This document shows, one piece after another, positions 47,692 to 57,369 of a stretch of DNA of 64,000 nt. The translations under genes and the position numbers were made by a program. The DNA is from an uncultured Methanosarcinales archaeon (GTDB taxonomy: Archaea > Nanobdellota > Nanobdellia > Woesearchaeales > DATGWN01): positions 555 to 64,554 of the forward strand of contig CAZKZU010000001.1 of assembly GCA_964557345.1 (NCBI GenBank), given 5' to 3'. How positions within the stretch are numbered: the stretch's first letter is position 1; every line of letters starts with the position of its first letter. The notes below the pieces were generated by a model. The model was given only the letters and a program-made list of their open reading frames with translations. It had not been told where the DNA came from and ran no database searches.

Positions 47692-48189
47692 TTATTTATC
47701 GGTTTTATCTAAAAACATTAGGTATGCTCCTCTATTTTGATAGTTAACCATTAATTCAGCAGAGTATGGATTAACTATTACTATTGAAGGTATTTCTATA
47801 GCACTTTTTCTATATGGCAATATTAAATATGACTTTTTGAAAGGCATTTTATCATTAAAATTTTCATTGGTTACTATGTCCCCTTTAAACGTTACATATT
47901 CTTTTTCAGCAAAAATATTATTGCTATCATCATAATTTTTTAGTTCAATGGTGATTGGAGTATACTCATCGTAAAGAGATCTATTCATCTTTATTAGCAT
48001 TGGAATAAATGAATCTACAATGTCGTTATTGTGAGAATCTGTTATTTTTTTGTTTTTCATTTCTTCTAGTTTAGAACTTAAGAGCCAAAAACCTACTATT
48101 AGTGCTACAAGTATGATTACTCCGATTATTACATCAGTCGCAAGATCTGCTTGTGCTTTTTTTGTATTCCTTATGGTTATTGGTCTCAT
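47692..48189 (-). CDS. Pilin-like protein (class III signal peptide)
   Basis: Signal TKKA|QADLATDVIIGVIILVALIVGF. Confidence 0.4.
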   Translation of the reverse strand: MRPITIRNTKKAQADLATDVIIGVIILVALIVGFWLLSSKLEEMKNKKITDSHNNDIVDSFIPMLIKMNRSLYDEYTPITIELKNYDDSNNIFAEKEYVTFKGDIVTNENFNDKMPFKKSYLILPYRKSAIEIPSIVIVNPYSAELMVNYQNRGAYLMFLDKTDK

Positions 48190-48300
48190 GTTTTTTAGTT
48201 ATTATTTTTCTAGTTTTTTCTTTTATGTTTTTAGTTATTTTATTGTTTGTTCTAGTATTTTTTAGTGTTATTTATTGCACTCTTATTATTATTCTTATCA

Positions 48301-48792
48301 TCATATTTTCCAAAATGATATATTTATCTTTCCGGCTTTGTATCCGTTAGTATCTTTGATTAAAATAGGATAAACTTTACTAAAATCAGGCCTGTCGATA
48401 TAATTTATTGTTTTTAATGATCCATTTACCTCGTTGTTTTTATCGTAAACAGTCAGTTTTACTCCTTTATTTTCTTCCTCAGAATAAAGTCCCATGCAAT
48501 TACTAAAAGTTACGTTATTAGTTAGTTTTGATTCGTCTATTACTTTACTATATTTTATTCCTGTGAATGGATCAATGTAATTGATACAATTGAAAGCTCT
48601 TTCTTCAAAGTTAAGAACGTTTGTTCCGTATGTGTTTTTGTAATATTTGTCGTTAATGCCTGTTGCAAGGATCATTAAGAATATGAATAGAACTATAATT
48701 ATAATTATTGCAATTATATAATAACCCATTTTATTTCCTAAATCAAATGATTCAGATTGGGCCTTCTTATTTAATTTCTTGAATGGTTTCAT
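48301..48792 (-). CDS. Pilin-like protein (class III signal peptide)
   Basis: Signal NKKA|QSESFDLGNKMGYYIIAIIIIIVLFIF. Confidence 0.35.
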   Translation of the reverse strand: MKPFKKLNKKAQSESFDLGNKMGYYIIAIIIIIVLFIFLMILATGINDKYYKNTYGTNVLNFEERAFNCINYIDPFTGIKYSKVIDESKLTNNVTFSNCMGLYSEEENKGVKLTVYDKNNEVNGSLKTINYIDRPDFSKVYPILIKDTNGYKAGKINISFWKI

Positions 48793-48805
48793 TTTTTAGT
48801 TTAAT

Positions 48806-49840
48806 TTAAGGTTTATTTACGCTTGCAATTTCAGTTCCTGCGCCATTTTCTAGTATAGGGACTATTTTGATGCTATTAATAACTATATTATTGTCAGTGT
48901 ATTTTGTTTCATCTTTTACATACGGAGAATAGTATCTAACTTCGTACCATTGCTCAGGATAAAGTTCTTTTAATTGAGGCCCACTACTTGGAATCATCCT
49001 ATCGTAAAAAGAATTAATTGCATCATATCCCGCTCCTGCAACCATTATGGCTATCGCAGCCCAGCCAAATGGAGTTGATCCTAAAAAAAAGGCCACAGGT
49101 AGCATTATTAGAGGCATGTTTTTCATTGCATTTCCGATATTAGATGATTGTTCATTCCATGCAATTGTCTCATCAACTTTTTCAATAAATTCAATGTAGC
49201 CATTTCCTTCGTAGAATACATATCCTGCATATGAGAGATAGTTTTTATCTCCAGCTCCATATTTTTTAATTGATTCTTCAAAAGTTGTATCTATTTTTTT
49301 TCCTTTAGTATTATAGTTCCAAAGAGAATATTTGTTATTGACGTCTAATAATTCTGATGTTGATATTTTTGCATTTTTATCATCTAAATGTAGTTTGAAT
49401 TTATAGCACGAAAAATAGTAATTTCCGTCTTCTCTCCACCCAATCCAATTAGTAGTGCCTTGCCCGAAAGTGTTAAGTATTTTTCCTTCTCCAAATGTGC
49501 TCCAGCAACTATCGATCATATTTCCCATTTCAATTGTAACTTTTTCTTTTAATTTATCCCCGCTGTATTTTGTTAAGTTTATTTCTTTTGTTTGCGTTAT
49601 GCACATAGGGTGTTTCATAGCTCCTTTCGCTACGGCATCTAGTCCCCATATATCTTTTTGAAGTATCGATCTAGAGACTTGTAATTCTTCTTTACAGATC
49701 ATATTTTGCGTTTTTGGTTCAAGACTTAAATAGAATTTGCTGACTATTGCAATTGCAAGTATTGCGAATATGATAACTAAGAGGATTTGCATTATTGCAG
49801 TCATTTCTCCTTTTTTGTTTTTTTGGATTATTTTGGCCAT
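48806..49840 (-). CDS. Pilin-like protein with a large C-terminal domain; paralog of 52853..53803
   Basis: Signal NKKG|EMTAIMQILLVIIFAIL. The C-terminal YEVRYYSPYVKDETKY..N.IK.VP..E.GAG is shared with 52853..53803. Confidence 0.45.
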   Translation of the reverse strand: MAKIIQKNKKGEMTAIMQILLVIIFAILAIAIVSKFYLSLEPKTQNMICKEELQVSRSILQKDIWGLDAVAKGAMKHPMCITQTKEINLTKYSGDKLKEKVTIEMGNMIDSCWSTFGEGKILNTFGQGTTNWIGWREDGNYYFSCYKFKLHLDDKNAKISTSELLDVNNKYSLWNYNTKGKKIDTTFEESIKKYGAGDKNYLSYAGYVFYEGNGYIEFIEKVDETIAWNEQSSNIGNAMKNMPLIMLPVAFFLGSTPFGWAAIAIMVAGAGYDAINSFYDRMIPSSGPQLKELYPEQWYEVRYYSPYVKDETKYTDNNIVINSIKIVPILENGAGTEIASVNKP

Positions 49841-49915
49841 TTGATTTTATTATTTTGTTTTATTATTATTTTTTCTTTATAGTTTAGTTCTTAGTATTTT
49901 CATATTTTTCGTCCT

Positions 49916-50809
49916 TTAATTTAATCCTTGAACGTATTCTCCGAATTTGTTAGTTTTAGTAATAATGATTGGATTTTTCTCAAGTTGCTCTTTTGTTACT
50001 ATAATTTGAACTGATTGAAGTGCAGAGATTATTTCATCATAATTAGTGATCGGAATGCTGTTTACTTCGCCTAGTTTATTTTTTGTTGAAGTTGCCTTGA
50101 TTTGGTTGTAATAGATGTCGCCATAAGTTTTTGCTTTATCATTGTATTCTATTTCGAAAGAGTTTTCTTTTGAGTCAATTTGTATCCAAATCAGAGAACT
50201 CATATTTTCTAATGCTTTAGTGATTTGACTTTCTGTATTTATGTTTTTATTTTTTAGAAGGAAATTCATAGCACTTTTGTATTGGAGATTATTTGTGCTG
50301 TTGGTGTAGAAAAATATCTTTGTTTGTTTGAAATTATCTGTATTAGTATTAACGGCATTTCCATCATTATTTGTTATTTCTTTATCTGTTAACCTACTTT
50401 CTAAATCTTCTTTTGGTTTGTCGCTTGCATATAATTGAGTTCCTATTTTATAGAAATAAAGTTTTGAAACGTTTTGGAATTTTGCTTCTATTTGAAAGTT
50501 TTTGGGATTAGCGTATCTTGCCGCATATTTTTTATCAGTAAGTGATGGAGATTTGTCTAATTGTATAGTGTCTTTTTGAAAGTCAATATCTACACTTTTA
50601 TTGAACTGAAAAACATATTTAAAATTTCCTTCTATCGAAGGTGTTCTTTCCATAAATAAAGCTAAATTGTAGGTGTCAAAACCAATCATTTTAGCATCGC
50701 TAACTGTTACTTTGTATGCATATCCTGTGAATGTAATTATGATTAAAGCTAGAAGTACAAGTTCCATTAGGAAGAATATTTCTGCTTTTTTACTTTTGTG
50801 TTTTATCAT
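49916..50809 (-). CDS. Pilin-like protein (class III signal peptide)
   Basis: Signal SKKA|EIFFLMELVLLALIIITF (type IV pilin-like, Glu in the hydrophobic N-terminus). Confidence 0.4.
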   Translation of the reverse strand: MIKHKSKKAEIFFLMELVLLALIIITFTGYAYKVTVSDAKMIGFDTYNLALFMERTPSIEGNFKYVFQFNKSVDIDFQKDTIQLDKSPSLTDKKYAARYANPKNFQIEAKFQNVSKLYFYKIGTQLYASDKPKEDLESRLTDKEITNNDGNAVNTNTDNFKQTKIFFYTNSTNNLQYKSAMNFLLKNKNINTESQITKALENMSSLIWIQIDSKENSFEIEYNDKAKTYGDIYYNQIKATSTKNKLGEVNSIPITNYDEIISALQSVQIIVTKEQLEKNPIIITKTNKFGEYVQGLN

Positions 50810-50812
50810 TTT

Positions 50813-51409
50813 TTATGTGCACGTTTGTTGAGTTGCATTAAGGCAGAATTGGATTTTATTGTCTTCTCGTATGATGTAAACATTATCTGAGTAGATAATA
50901 CTCCTTTGACCAGGTTTTGCATTTATTTGGGTGTGTTTGTTTCCAAATACATAAAAGTCTTCTGAGTTGTAAGGAGTTTTAAATAATGAAATGGCAGATA
51001 CTCCTAATGTTTTGCAGTAAGTGAATTTATTTGATTTTGTATAAAATGCACAAATACAGGATATTTCATTGCATTTTGTGGGTTTGTATAAATTTTGCTT
51101 TGTAATGTCTGAATAGCCTAGTGTCTTATTTGATCCAATTTGAAAGATGAAGATTAAATAATTTCCATCCAAATCTTCATTAATAGGAAGAAGTTGAGTT
51201 AGATATTTTTCAGGTCTTTGATTTAGTTCTTTAATTTCATTTGCCCATTGGTCAATTACATCTTCTTCATAGTGTTTATCCATGAAGCCTGTGAATTTCA
51301 AAACGATTCCTATAAAAAATAGTATTAAGAATACAGAGCCTAAAAGTCCCATTAAAAATTTTAAAGAGATGCTTGTGCCGGCTTTTTTTGAGTGGTTGAA
51401 TTTTTGCAT
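50813..51409 (-). CDS. Pilin-like protein (class III signal peptide); start trimmed to MQKF...
   Basis: Signal SKKAG|TSISLKFLMGLLGSVFLILFFIGIVL. The ORF-track N-terminal extension to 51511 is unlikely to be real. Confidence 0.35.
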   Translation of the reverse strand: MQKFNHSKKAGTSISLKFLMGLLGSVFLILFFIGIVLKFTGFMDKHYEEDVIDQWANEIKELNQRPEKYLTQLLPINEDLDGNYLIFIFQIGSNKTLGYSDITKQNLYKPTKCNEISCICAFYTKSNKFTYCKTLGVSAISLFKTPYNSEDFYVFGNKHTQINAKPGQRSIIYSDNVYIIREDNKIQFCLNATQQTCT

Positions 51410-51702
51410 ATTTTCCTCTTTCTTTTTAGTGTGAATGGAAGTCCTAGTAAAAACATAGGTTTGAAATCTTTTGTAAGTGTGCAAGTTGCAGTTTCTTGTC
51501 CAGGGATACATTGTCCAACCCCGCCGATAGTTTGGTTTACTACATCGTTTTCTCTTCCAATGTTTTTAACGAATATGAATATTACAACGACTAATACAAG
51601 GATAAGGATAGTTGCAATTATAACAGTTGAAAGTGTTAATTCATTGGATTTTTTATTATTAATATTTACTTTTGATTTTTGGTTGTTAGTTGTTTTTGTC
51701 AT
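51361..51702 (-). CDS. Small Cys-containing pilin-like protein; paralog of 53947..54207
   Basis: Signal NKKS|NELTLSTVIIATILILVLVVVIF; short C-terminal Cys-containing domain. Confidence 0.35.
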   Translation of the reverse strand: MTKTTNNQKSKVNINNKKSNELTLSTVIIATILILVLVVVIFIFVKNIGRENDVVNQTIGGVGQCIPGQETATCTLTKDFKPMFLLGLPFTLKRKRKICKNSTTQKKPAQASL

Positions 51703-51787
51703 GGGTTATCTCCTTTTTAGCTTTGTTATTTTTACTATAGTTTTTAATTATTCTTAATTCTTATTATATTTTTAATTTTGCTTAGTA

Positions 51788-52573
51788 TTAAGGACAAATA
51801 GGTAATTTTTCAATTTCGGCAGTTTTATCTGTTTCTAAGTTTCCACCAAACCAATTATGTTCGGTGTCTATTAATATTATATTTTTGCCTGACTTAATAG
51901 TTGTTTTCCAAATGTATTTTGAACTTAACGATTTACTATCGGCGTCATAGTAATAACTTGGGTTTAATACCTGATCTGTATAAAGCGATAATGTGCTATT
52001 TGTTCCTTTTATTTCTTCAGCTACATAATTGCTTTCCATGAATTTTTTTCTGATTGTTATTATGGATAATTTACTTGGTGATTTTTGTTGCTCTGCTAGG
52101 GATAATAACTCTTGTATTGAATGTGTGTCTAGGTATCCATCTAAATCTTGGATGATGTAAACGTCGTTTATACTTACCAATTCTTTTTCAAATGAAAGAC
52201 CTTGAACTGGATCTTGATATTGGAACGATAATTTTTGATTTTCAGTTTTATTTATTTTGAAATTGTATCCTTTTTCTCCATTTCCAACTGATGGTTTTAA
52301 AGTTTGATTTATTCTGCATAAATTTGTTCCAGACGATGCAGCTCTTTCCCAAGATGCTGTCAGATTTGTAAAATATTCTTTAGATTTTAGAATAATTCCT
52401 TTTTCATCTACTTTAGTATTATTTTGATTAGTTAAATTTCCTACAGTTGAATTTACAATTGAATCAGTTAGTTTATGTGCGCCAAAAATTTGGTTTGGGC
52501 CTATCCATAGTAAAATAAATCCCACTGCAATTACTATAGTGTATCCTATTATTTTATTTAGTTCTAGTGCCAT
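51788..52573 (-). CDS. N-terminally anchored secreted protein in the pilin-like cluster
   Basis: N-terminal hydrophobic segment IIGYTIVIAVGFILLWIG, without the usual KK motif. Confidence 0.3.
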   Translation of the reverse strand: MALELNKIIGYTIVIAVGFILLWIGPNQIFGAHKLTDSIVNSTVGNLTNQNNTKVDEKGIILKSKEYFTNLTASWERAASSGTNLCRINQTLKPSVGNGEKGYNFKINKTENQKLSFQYQDPVQGLSFEKELVSINDVYIIQDLDGYLDTHSIQELLSLAEQQKSPSKLSIITIRKKFMESNYVAEEIKGTNSTLSLYTDQVLNPSYYYDADSKSLSSKYIWKTTIKSGKNIILIDTEHNWFGGNLETDKTAEIEKLPICP

Positions 52574-52586
52574 TTTTTATTGGTAT

Positions 52587-52784
52587 TTAATCGAATAATC
52601 CTGAAATTGAATCTACAATTGAATTTTCGCTTGTAAACATTGTTTTTATAAAAAATAATAGTACAATTGCTATAATAATTATTACTAGCCACATAACAAT
52701 AATTTTCATTTCCATGCCTTTTTTGCTGGTATTGAATCTAGTTAATGCGTGTTTGGATGTTGTTTGTTGTGTTTTTGTTTTCAT
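52587..52784 (-). CDS. Very small pilin-like protein (65 aa)
   Basis: Signal SKKG|MEMKIIVMWLVIIIIAIVLLFFI, with almost no mature domain. Confidence 0.3.
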   Translation of the reverse strand: MKTKTQQTTSKHALTRFNTSKKGMEMKIIVMWLVIIIIAIVLLFFIKTMFTSENSIVDSISGLFD

Positions 52785-52852
52785 TGTGTACTTCTTTTTA
52801 TTTCTCTTATATATATTGATTTTGATATGTTTATATAATAAACTTACAATGA

Positions 52853-53803
52853 TTAAACTGTGCCTGCTCCTGTAATTACATTTCCAGCGCCATCTTCTCC
52901 AACTGGAACTACTTTTATGTTGTTTAGAACATATGTGTCTTTGTATTTGTCTATATCTTTAATATAAGGGGAGTAATATCTTACTTCGTAGTATCGTTCT
53001 GCATTGATTTCAATTAGCGGAGTTCCCATGTTAGGAGTTGCTTTTTTGATAAAGTCAATTCCCCCATCTAAATGTAACCATTGGGTAAGTTTAAATGAAT
53101 CTCTTGTATCTCCCGTTCCAAATGTTAGTTTTTCTTTAGTAGTATTCATGAATTCTAAGTACCCATAACCATTATAGAATATGTAACCTGCATAGGAAAT
53201 GTAGTTTTTATCTCCTGCAATTGCCTTATTGTAGCTTTCTTCAAAACTTATTTCGATTGGTTTTTTATTTATGTTGTATTTCCAAAGTAATCCGTCATTT
53301 GGATTTGAACTATATTCTAATAGTTTAGCTGTAGTAATTTTGTAGTTTGGATCTTTAGTATGAATTTTGAATTTGTAACATGTGAAGTAATAATTATTGA
53401 AATCAGTAAATCCCCAGTTTGAGGAATCTTGAATAAAAGTATTTGGATATTTTCCTTCTCCAAATGTTTTCCAACAATTTTCTGTCATTTCTCCTATTTC
53501 AATTGCGACTTGTTTATCTAGTTCAATTCCTTCATATTTAGTTAGATCAATTCGATTAATTTTTGTTGTGCATAAAGGATCTTTTACAGAAGTTTTAGCA
53601 AATTCATCTAATGACCAGGCAATTTCTTTATTTACTGCTTTATTTGCAAGGATGATATTAGCTGAACATATTTCTTGTTGAGTTGTTGTGTCTAGTGTTT
53701 TCATTAGTTTTCCAGATACCGTCCAGACTAAAATAGCAGCAATTAAGATAAGTATGATAGACATAATTACGCTCATACTTTTTTTATTTAGTTTTTTAAC
53801 CAA
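52853..53803 (-). CDS. Pilin-like protein; paralog of 48806..49840
   Basis: Signal NKKS|MSVIMSIILILIAAILVW; shared C-terminal domain with 48806..49840. Confidence 0.45.
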   Translation of the reverse strand: MVKKLNKKSMSVIMSIILILIAAILVWTVSGKLMKTLDTTTQQEICSANIILANKAVNKEIAWSLDEFAKTSVKDPLCTTKINRIDLTKYEGIELDKQVAIEIGEMTENCWKTFGEGKYPNTFIQDSSNWGFTDFNNYYFTCYKFKIHTKDPNYKITTAKLLEYSSNPNDGLLWKYNINKKPIEISFEESYNKAIAGDKNYISYAGYIFYNGYGYLEFMNTTKEKLTFGTGDTRDSFKLTQWLHLDGGIDFIKKATPNMGTPLIEINAERYYEVRYYSPYIKDIDKYKDTYVLNNIKVVPVGEDGAGNVITGAGTV

Positions 53804-53946
53804 GAATCATCGCCGCTTTTTTTCTAATTATAAAGAAAATAATAATAAATAGAACAATAACGACTGCGATAATAATGGCAATTCCTAAAAATCCTGAATT
53901 GTCTTCTTCGCTATCGGTATCATCCATGAGTTAGTTAAGCAGCCAA

Positions 53947-54207
53947 TTAAGGAGCTAGTTTTCCGCAACAATATAGATTATTACTGCATTTCAAGTCAAG
54001 TCTATATACAGGGTATTGTTCGTTTCCAATATCTCCGCAATCTAATTTACTTGCAACACATTTTCCTTGTTGAGCTTCACAACTAGCGATATTTTTGTCT
54101 CCTGCTCCCATGTATCTTATAAAAATAAATGATAGCACTATTAATACTAAGATTACTAAAGCTGCTATTATTACTGTGTTTAATGTCATACTTTGAGATT
54201 TTTTCAT
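53947..54207 (-). CDS. Small Cys-rich pilin-like protein (first gene of cluster)
   Basis: Signal MKKS|QSMTLNTVIIAALVILVLIVL followed by a 6-Cys ~45 aa domain. Confidence 0.4.
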   Translation of the reverse strand: MKKSQSMTLNTVIIAALVILVLIVLSFIFIRYMGAGDKNIASCEAQQGKCVASKLDCGDIGNEQYPVYRLDLKCSNNLYCCGKLAP

Positions 54208-54246
54208 ATTATCACCTACATAACTTCCGGGTAAAAGTATTTATAA

Positions 54247-54789
54247 ATGTTTTCTTATACCTCAATGTTTGGAATAAGCATGGTTAAATACATTCATAAC
54301 ATTGAAATTAAGGTTTTTTATAAGCCAATTGTAAAAAGTGACGTGGTAACTGAGAATGCAGAACCTGTAGTTAGCGTTGATTTAGATGACGAAATAGCTT
54401 TAAAAAATAGGTTGAAGTTATTTGCTGGACTTAAAGATTCTTCAAGTATTATTGAAGAGAGACTTTTAGGTGTTGATGATTTAGGTAATGCAATTGGTAG
54501 TGATTTAGTTATATTTACTATTAGAATTAATAACAGGTGTGAAGAGTTTATGAGAAATATATTTTCCAAGATTTCAAACGAAGAGCGATTGCGGATTAGA
54601 GAAAGTATTGATGAGTTAGCTAATTGTTATTTAAGATTAGATTTAGATAAGTATGTAAAAGACAATCAAATAGAAAGTGTAACCCATGGTAATTGCATAC
54701 ATGTAAGAGTAAAGTTGGCAGCATATCCTGCAAAATTAGAACCTGCGATTAAAGCATATGATGGACTGATTGGAAGTATAAAGGGTTAA
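54247..54789 (+). CDS. Hypothetical protein
   Basis: 180 aa soluble protein with no motif; the real start may be at a downstream Met. Confidence 0.2.
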   Translation: MFSYTSMFGISMVKYIHNIEIKVFYKPIVKSDVVTENAEPVVSVDLDDEIALKNRLKLFAGLKDSSSIIEERLLGVDDLGNAIGSDLVIFTIRINNRCEEFMRNIFSKISNEERLRIRESIDELANCYLRLDLDKYVKDNQIESVTHGNCIHVRVKLAAYPAKLEPAIKAYDGLIGSIKG

Positions 54790-54810
54790 TTATTTTTATA
54801 TCTCTTATAT

Positions 54811-55065
54811 TTATTTTTTTGAGATAGTATTATTTATTTCATTAAGATTTATTTTTTCTTTGGATAATTTCTTTCTTATATTTCTAATTTCTTTAACTGA
54901 ATTTCCCGTATTTTTGATTGATCCTAATTGTTGTTCCAGAATTAGTTTTCTTAATGCATCCCTAACTACGTCAGATTTATTTGTGTAGATGCCTTTATTG
55001 ATCAGTTTGTCTATTTCATCAACTAGTCCTTGAGGTAATCTTACTTGTGTAACTGTCATTGTCAT
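54811..55065 (-). CDS. Ribbon-helix-helix (CopG/antitoxin-like) DNA-binding protein
   Basis: N-terminal TVTQVRLPQGLVDEIDKLINKG..SDVVRDALRKL, a typical RHH beta-strand plus two helices. Confidence 0.5.
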   Translation of the reverse strand: MTMTVTQVRLPQGLVDEIDKLINKGIYTNKSDVVRDALRKLILEQQLGSIKNTGNSVKEIRNIRKKLSKEKINLNEINNTISKK

Positions 55066-55186
55066 ACATTTGTAGTACAGGTGTACTATATAAAGTTTTG
55101 GGTATTTTTTCTGAATTATTCAATGTTTGTTAAACAAAAGCTTTATATACTAATGGTGTATACTTATACACTGGCGGTGTATATTT

Positions 55187-55768
55187 ATGTTAACTCCCAA
55201 CGAAAAAAAGGTGTTGAAATTGATTATATTTTCTTTTGATACTGATTATTCTATTAATCAAATAGCAAAAGAGTGTAAGTTATCTGCTAATGGGGCATAT
55301 AAAATTCTTTTAAAATATGAAAAAGAAGGTATTTTACAACATAAAAATATTGCTAATTTGAAATCCTATAAGATTGATTTTAAAAGCGATAAGACCGCCA
55401 GTATTCTCGAATTAGTTTTGATTCCAGAATTGGATAAAAAAATTAAATTGAGATTAGATGATTTGAAAGAAGTAAGAGAGGTTTCTTCTGCTTGTATTTT
55501 CTTCGGTTCTTATATTAATAAAAAGGATCCGAATGATTTGGATGTAATTTTTGTTATTGATAAAAATAAATATAAGAATTATTCCGAAAAAATTGCTGTT
55601 GCAAAAGAAATAATTCCGATTAAAGTACATGATGTTGTTCAAACCTTCGAAGATTTAAAGCAAAATATTTTAAGTAAAGACAAAATTGTTCTTAGTGCAC
55701 TAAAAGAAGGAGTTATACTTTGGGGCTATAATGTTGTAATTCAGGTGATTAAAGATGTCTATAACTGA
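55187..55768 (+). CDS. wHTH-fused minimal nucleotidyltransferase (paralog of 11798..12391)
   Basis: ACIFFGSYINKKDPNDLDVIFVID NTase motif; N-terminal wHTH-like segment. Confidence 0.6.
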   Translation: MLTPNEKKVLKLIIFSFDTDYSINQIAKECKLSANGAYKILLKYEKEGILQHKNIANLKSYKIDFKSDKTASILELVLIPELDKKIKLRLDDLKEVREVSSACIFFGSYINKKDPNDLDVIFVIDKNKYKNYSEKIAVAKEIIPIKVHDVVQTFEDLKQNILSKDKIVLSALKEGVILWGYNVVIQVIKDVYN

Positions 55769-56249
55769 CAAATTAAAAAAATGTTTTAAGGAAGGGGAAA
55801 CTGGGGCTCGTCATAAAGGAGTACGTAAGATTGCAAAATCTCCTGAACTTGCAAATCAACATTTACAAAAAGCGATACATAATTTTAAGGCAATGTCTGA
55901 GTTTCAAAAAATAGGTTATTCGGATTGGTCTGCGTCTGCTTCTTTTTACAGCCTTTATCATTGTCTTTTGGCAATACTTGCTAAAGAAGGATATGAATCT
56001 AGAAATCAAAGTTGTACATTTGCGTTAATTGAAAGTATGATTGATAAGTTATCTATTACAAAAGAAGAATTAAAAGAAATATTTGACAGAGATGTTACTG
56101 AAGATCTAGAGCATAGTAACAAAATTCTTGATATAAGAGAAACAATGCAATATTCAATCAAAACTTCTTTAAAGCAGGAAGAATTTTTAATGTTAAAAGA
56201 AAAAACAAAAATACTTTTTGACAAATTAAGAAGAGATATTGAGAAGTGA
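55755..56249 (+). CDS. HEPN-like alpha-helical partner protein (paralog of 11254..11808)
   Basis: Overlaps the upstream NTase gene by 14 nt; all-helical; no canonical Rx4-6H motif. Confidence 0.35.
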   Translation: MSITDKLKKCFKEGETGARHKGVRKIAKSPELANQHLQKAIHNFKAMSEFQKIGYSDWSASASFYSLYHCLLAILAKEGYESRNQSCTFALIESMIDKLSITKEELKEIFDRDVTEDLEHSNKILDIRETMQYSIKTSLKQEEFLMLKEKTKILFDKLRRDIEK

Positions 56250-56262
56250 TTGGTAAATAAAA

Positions 56263-57327
56263 ATGAAAGGTGTGGTTGTAACAAATAAAAATGCGGAAAA
56301 AGTACTTGATTTTCTTAAGACAGGGTATTTGCATCCTAGTTTTAAAGTTAAGAAAGGACAAAACTTTTTAATTTTTCCAGTTGTTGATGATTTTGACATG
56401 AAAAAAGCTAAGCCTATTTCTAAATGGATTAAATTTGTTGATGATAAGTTTCCTGCTAAGAACGTAAGTTTGGATTTTAAAATTGAGGCTGAGAAAATAT
56501 TAAGTGACGAAGAGAAGCCTCATCTTAAGACTGCTTATGATTTAGTTGGAAAGATTGCTATTCTTGAATTTGATGATTTAGTTAGACCTAAAGCCAAAAA
56601 GGTTGCGGAAATTTTACTTAAATGTAATAAAAATGTAGAAACTGTTGTTATGAAAAAAGGTAAGCATGAAGGAGAACTTCGAATACAGGATTATGAAATA
56701 ATCGCTGGAAAAAAAACAATGGTTGCAAAGCATAAAGAAAGTGGTTGCATTCTAAATGTCGAATTAAATAAAGTATATTATTCTGCAAGATCTGCAACTG
56801 AAAGAATGAGAGTTGCTAGTATGGTTAAACCTGGTGAGAAAATTTTAGTTATGTTTTCTGGTTGTGCTCCTTTTGTTTGTGTATTCGCTAAAAACACTGA
56901 TGCGCGTTCAATATTAGGAATTGAATTAAATAAAGATGGTCATAAATATGGTCTTATGAATATTGCTGAAAATAGAATTACTAATGCTGAATTGATTTGT
57001 GGGGATGTAAGAAAAGTTTGTCCAAAACTTCGTGAAGAAAAAAAAGTTTTTGATAGAATTGCAATGCCGTTACCAAAGACTGCAGAAGAATTTTTACCTG
57101 AAGCTTTTATGGTTTCTAAAAAAGGAACAATTATTCATCTATACGATTTCGTTGATGAGAAAGAATTTCCAAAGTCAACTGTAGATAAGATTGAAAATTA
57201 TGCTAATATTTATTCAAAGACAACAAAAAAGAAACTGAAATATAAAATTTTAAATGCAGTTAAATGCGGACAATTTTCCCCCAGCATATATAGGGTTTGT
57301 GTTGATTTTGAGATTGTTGATATTTGA
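56263..57327 (+). CDS. tRNA (guanine37-N1)-methyltransferase Trm5 / Taw2-like (Met-10+ family)
   Basis: Class I SAM-methyltransferase core VMFSGCAPFVCVFAK...GIELNKD...CGDVRKV...FDRIAMPLP, matching the Met-10+ pattern. Confidence 0.65.
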   Translation: MKGVVVTNKNAEKVLDFLKTGYLHPSFKVKKGQNFLIFPVVDDFDMKKAKPISKWIKFVDDKFPAKNVSLDFKIEAEKILSDEEKPHLKTAYDLVGKIAILEFDDLVRPKAKKVAEILLKCNKNVETVVMKKGKHEGELRIQDYEIIAGKKTMVAKHKESGCILNVELNKVYYSARSATERMRVASMVKPGEKILVMFSGCAPFVCVFAKNTDARSILGIELNKDGHKYGLMNIAENRITNAELICGDVRKVCPKLREEKKVFDRIAMPLPKTAEEFLPEAFMVSKKGTIIHLYDFVDEKEFPKSTVDKIENYANIYSKTTKKKLKYKILNAVKCGQFSPSIYRVCVDFEIVDI

Positions 57328-57369
57328 GAATTTATTATTTAATATTACATACTAAATATTATCTTTAAT

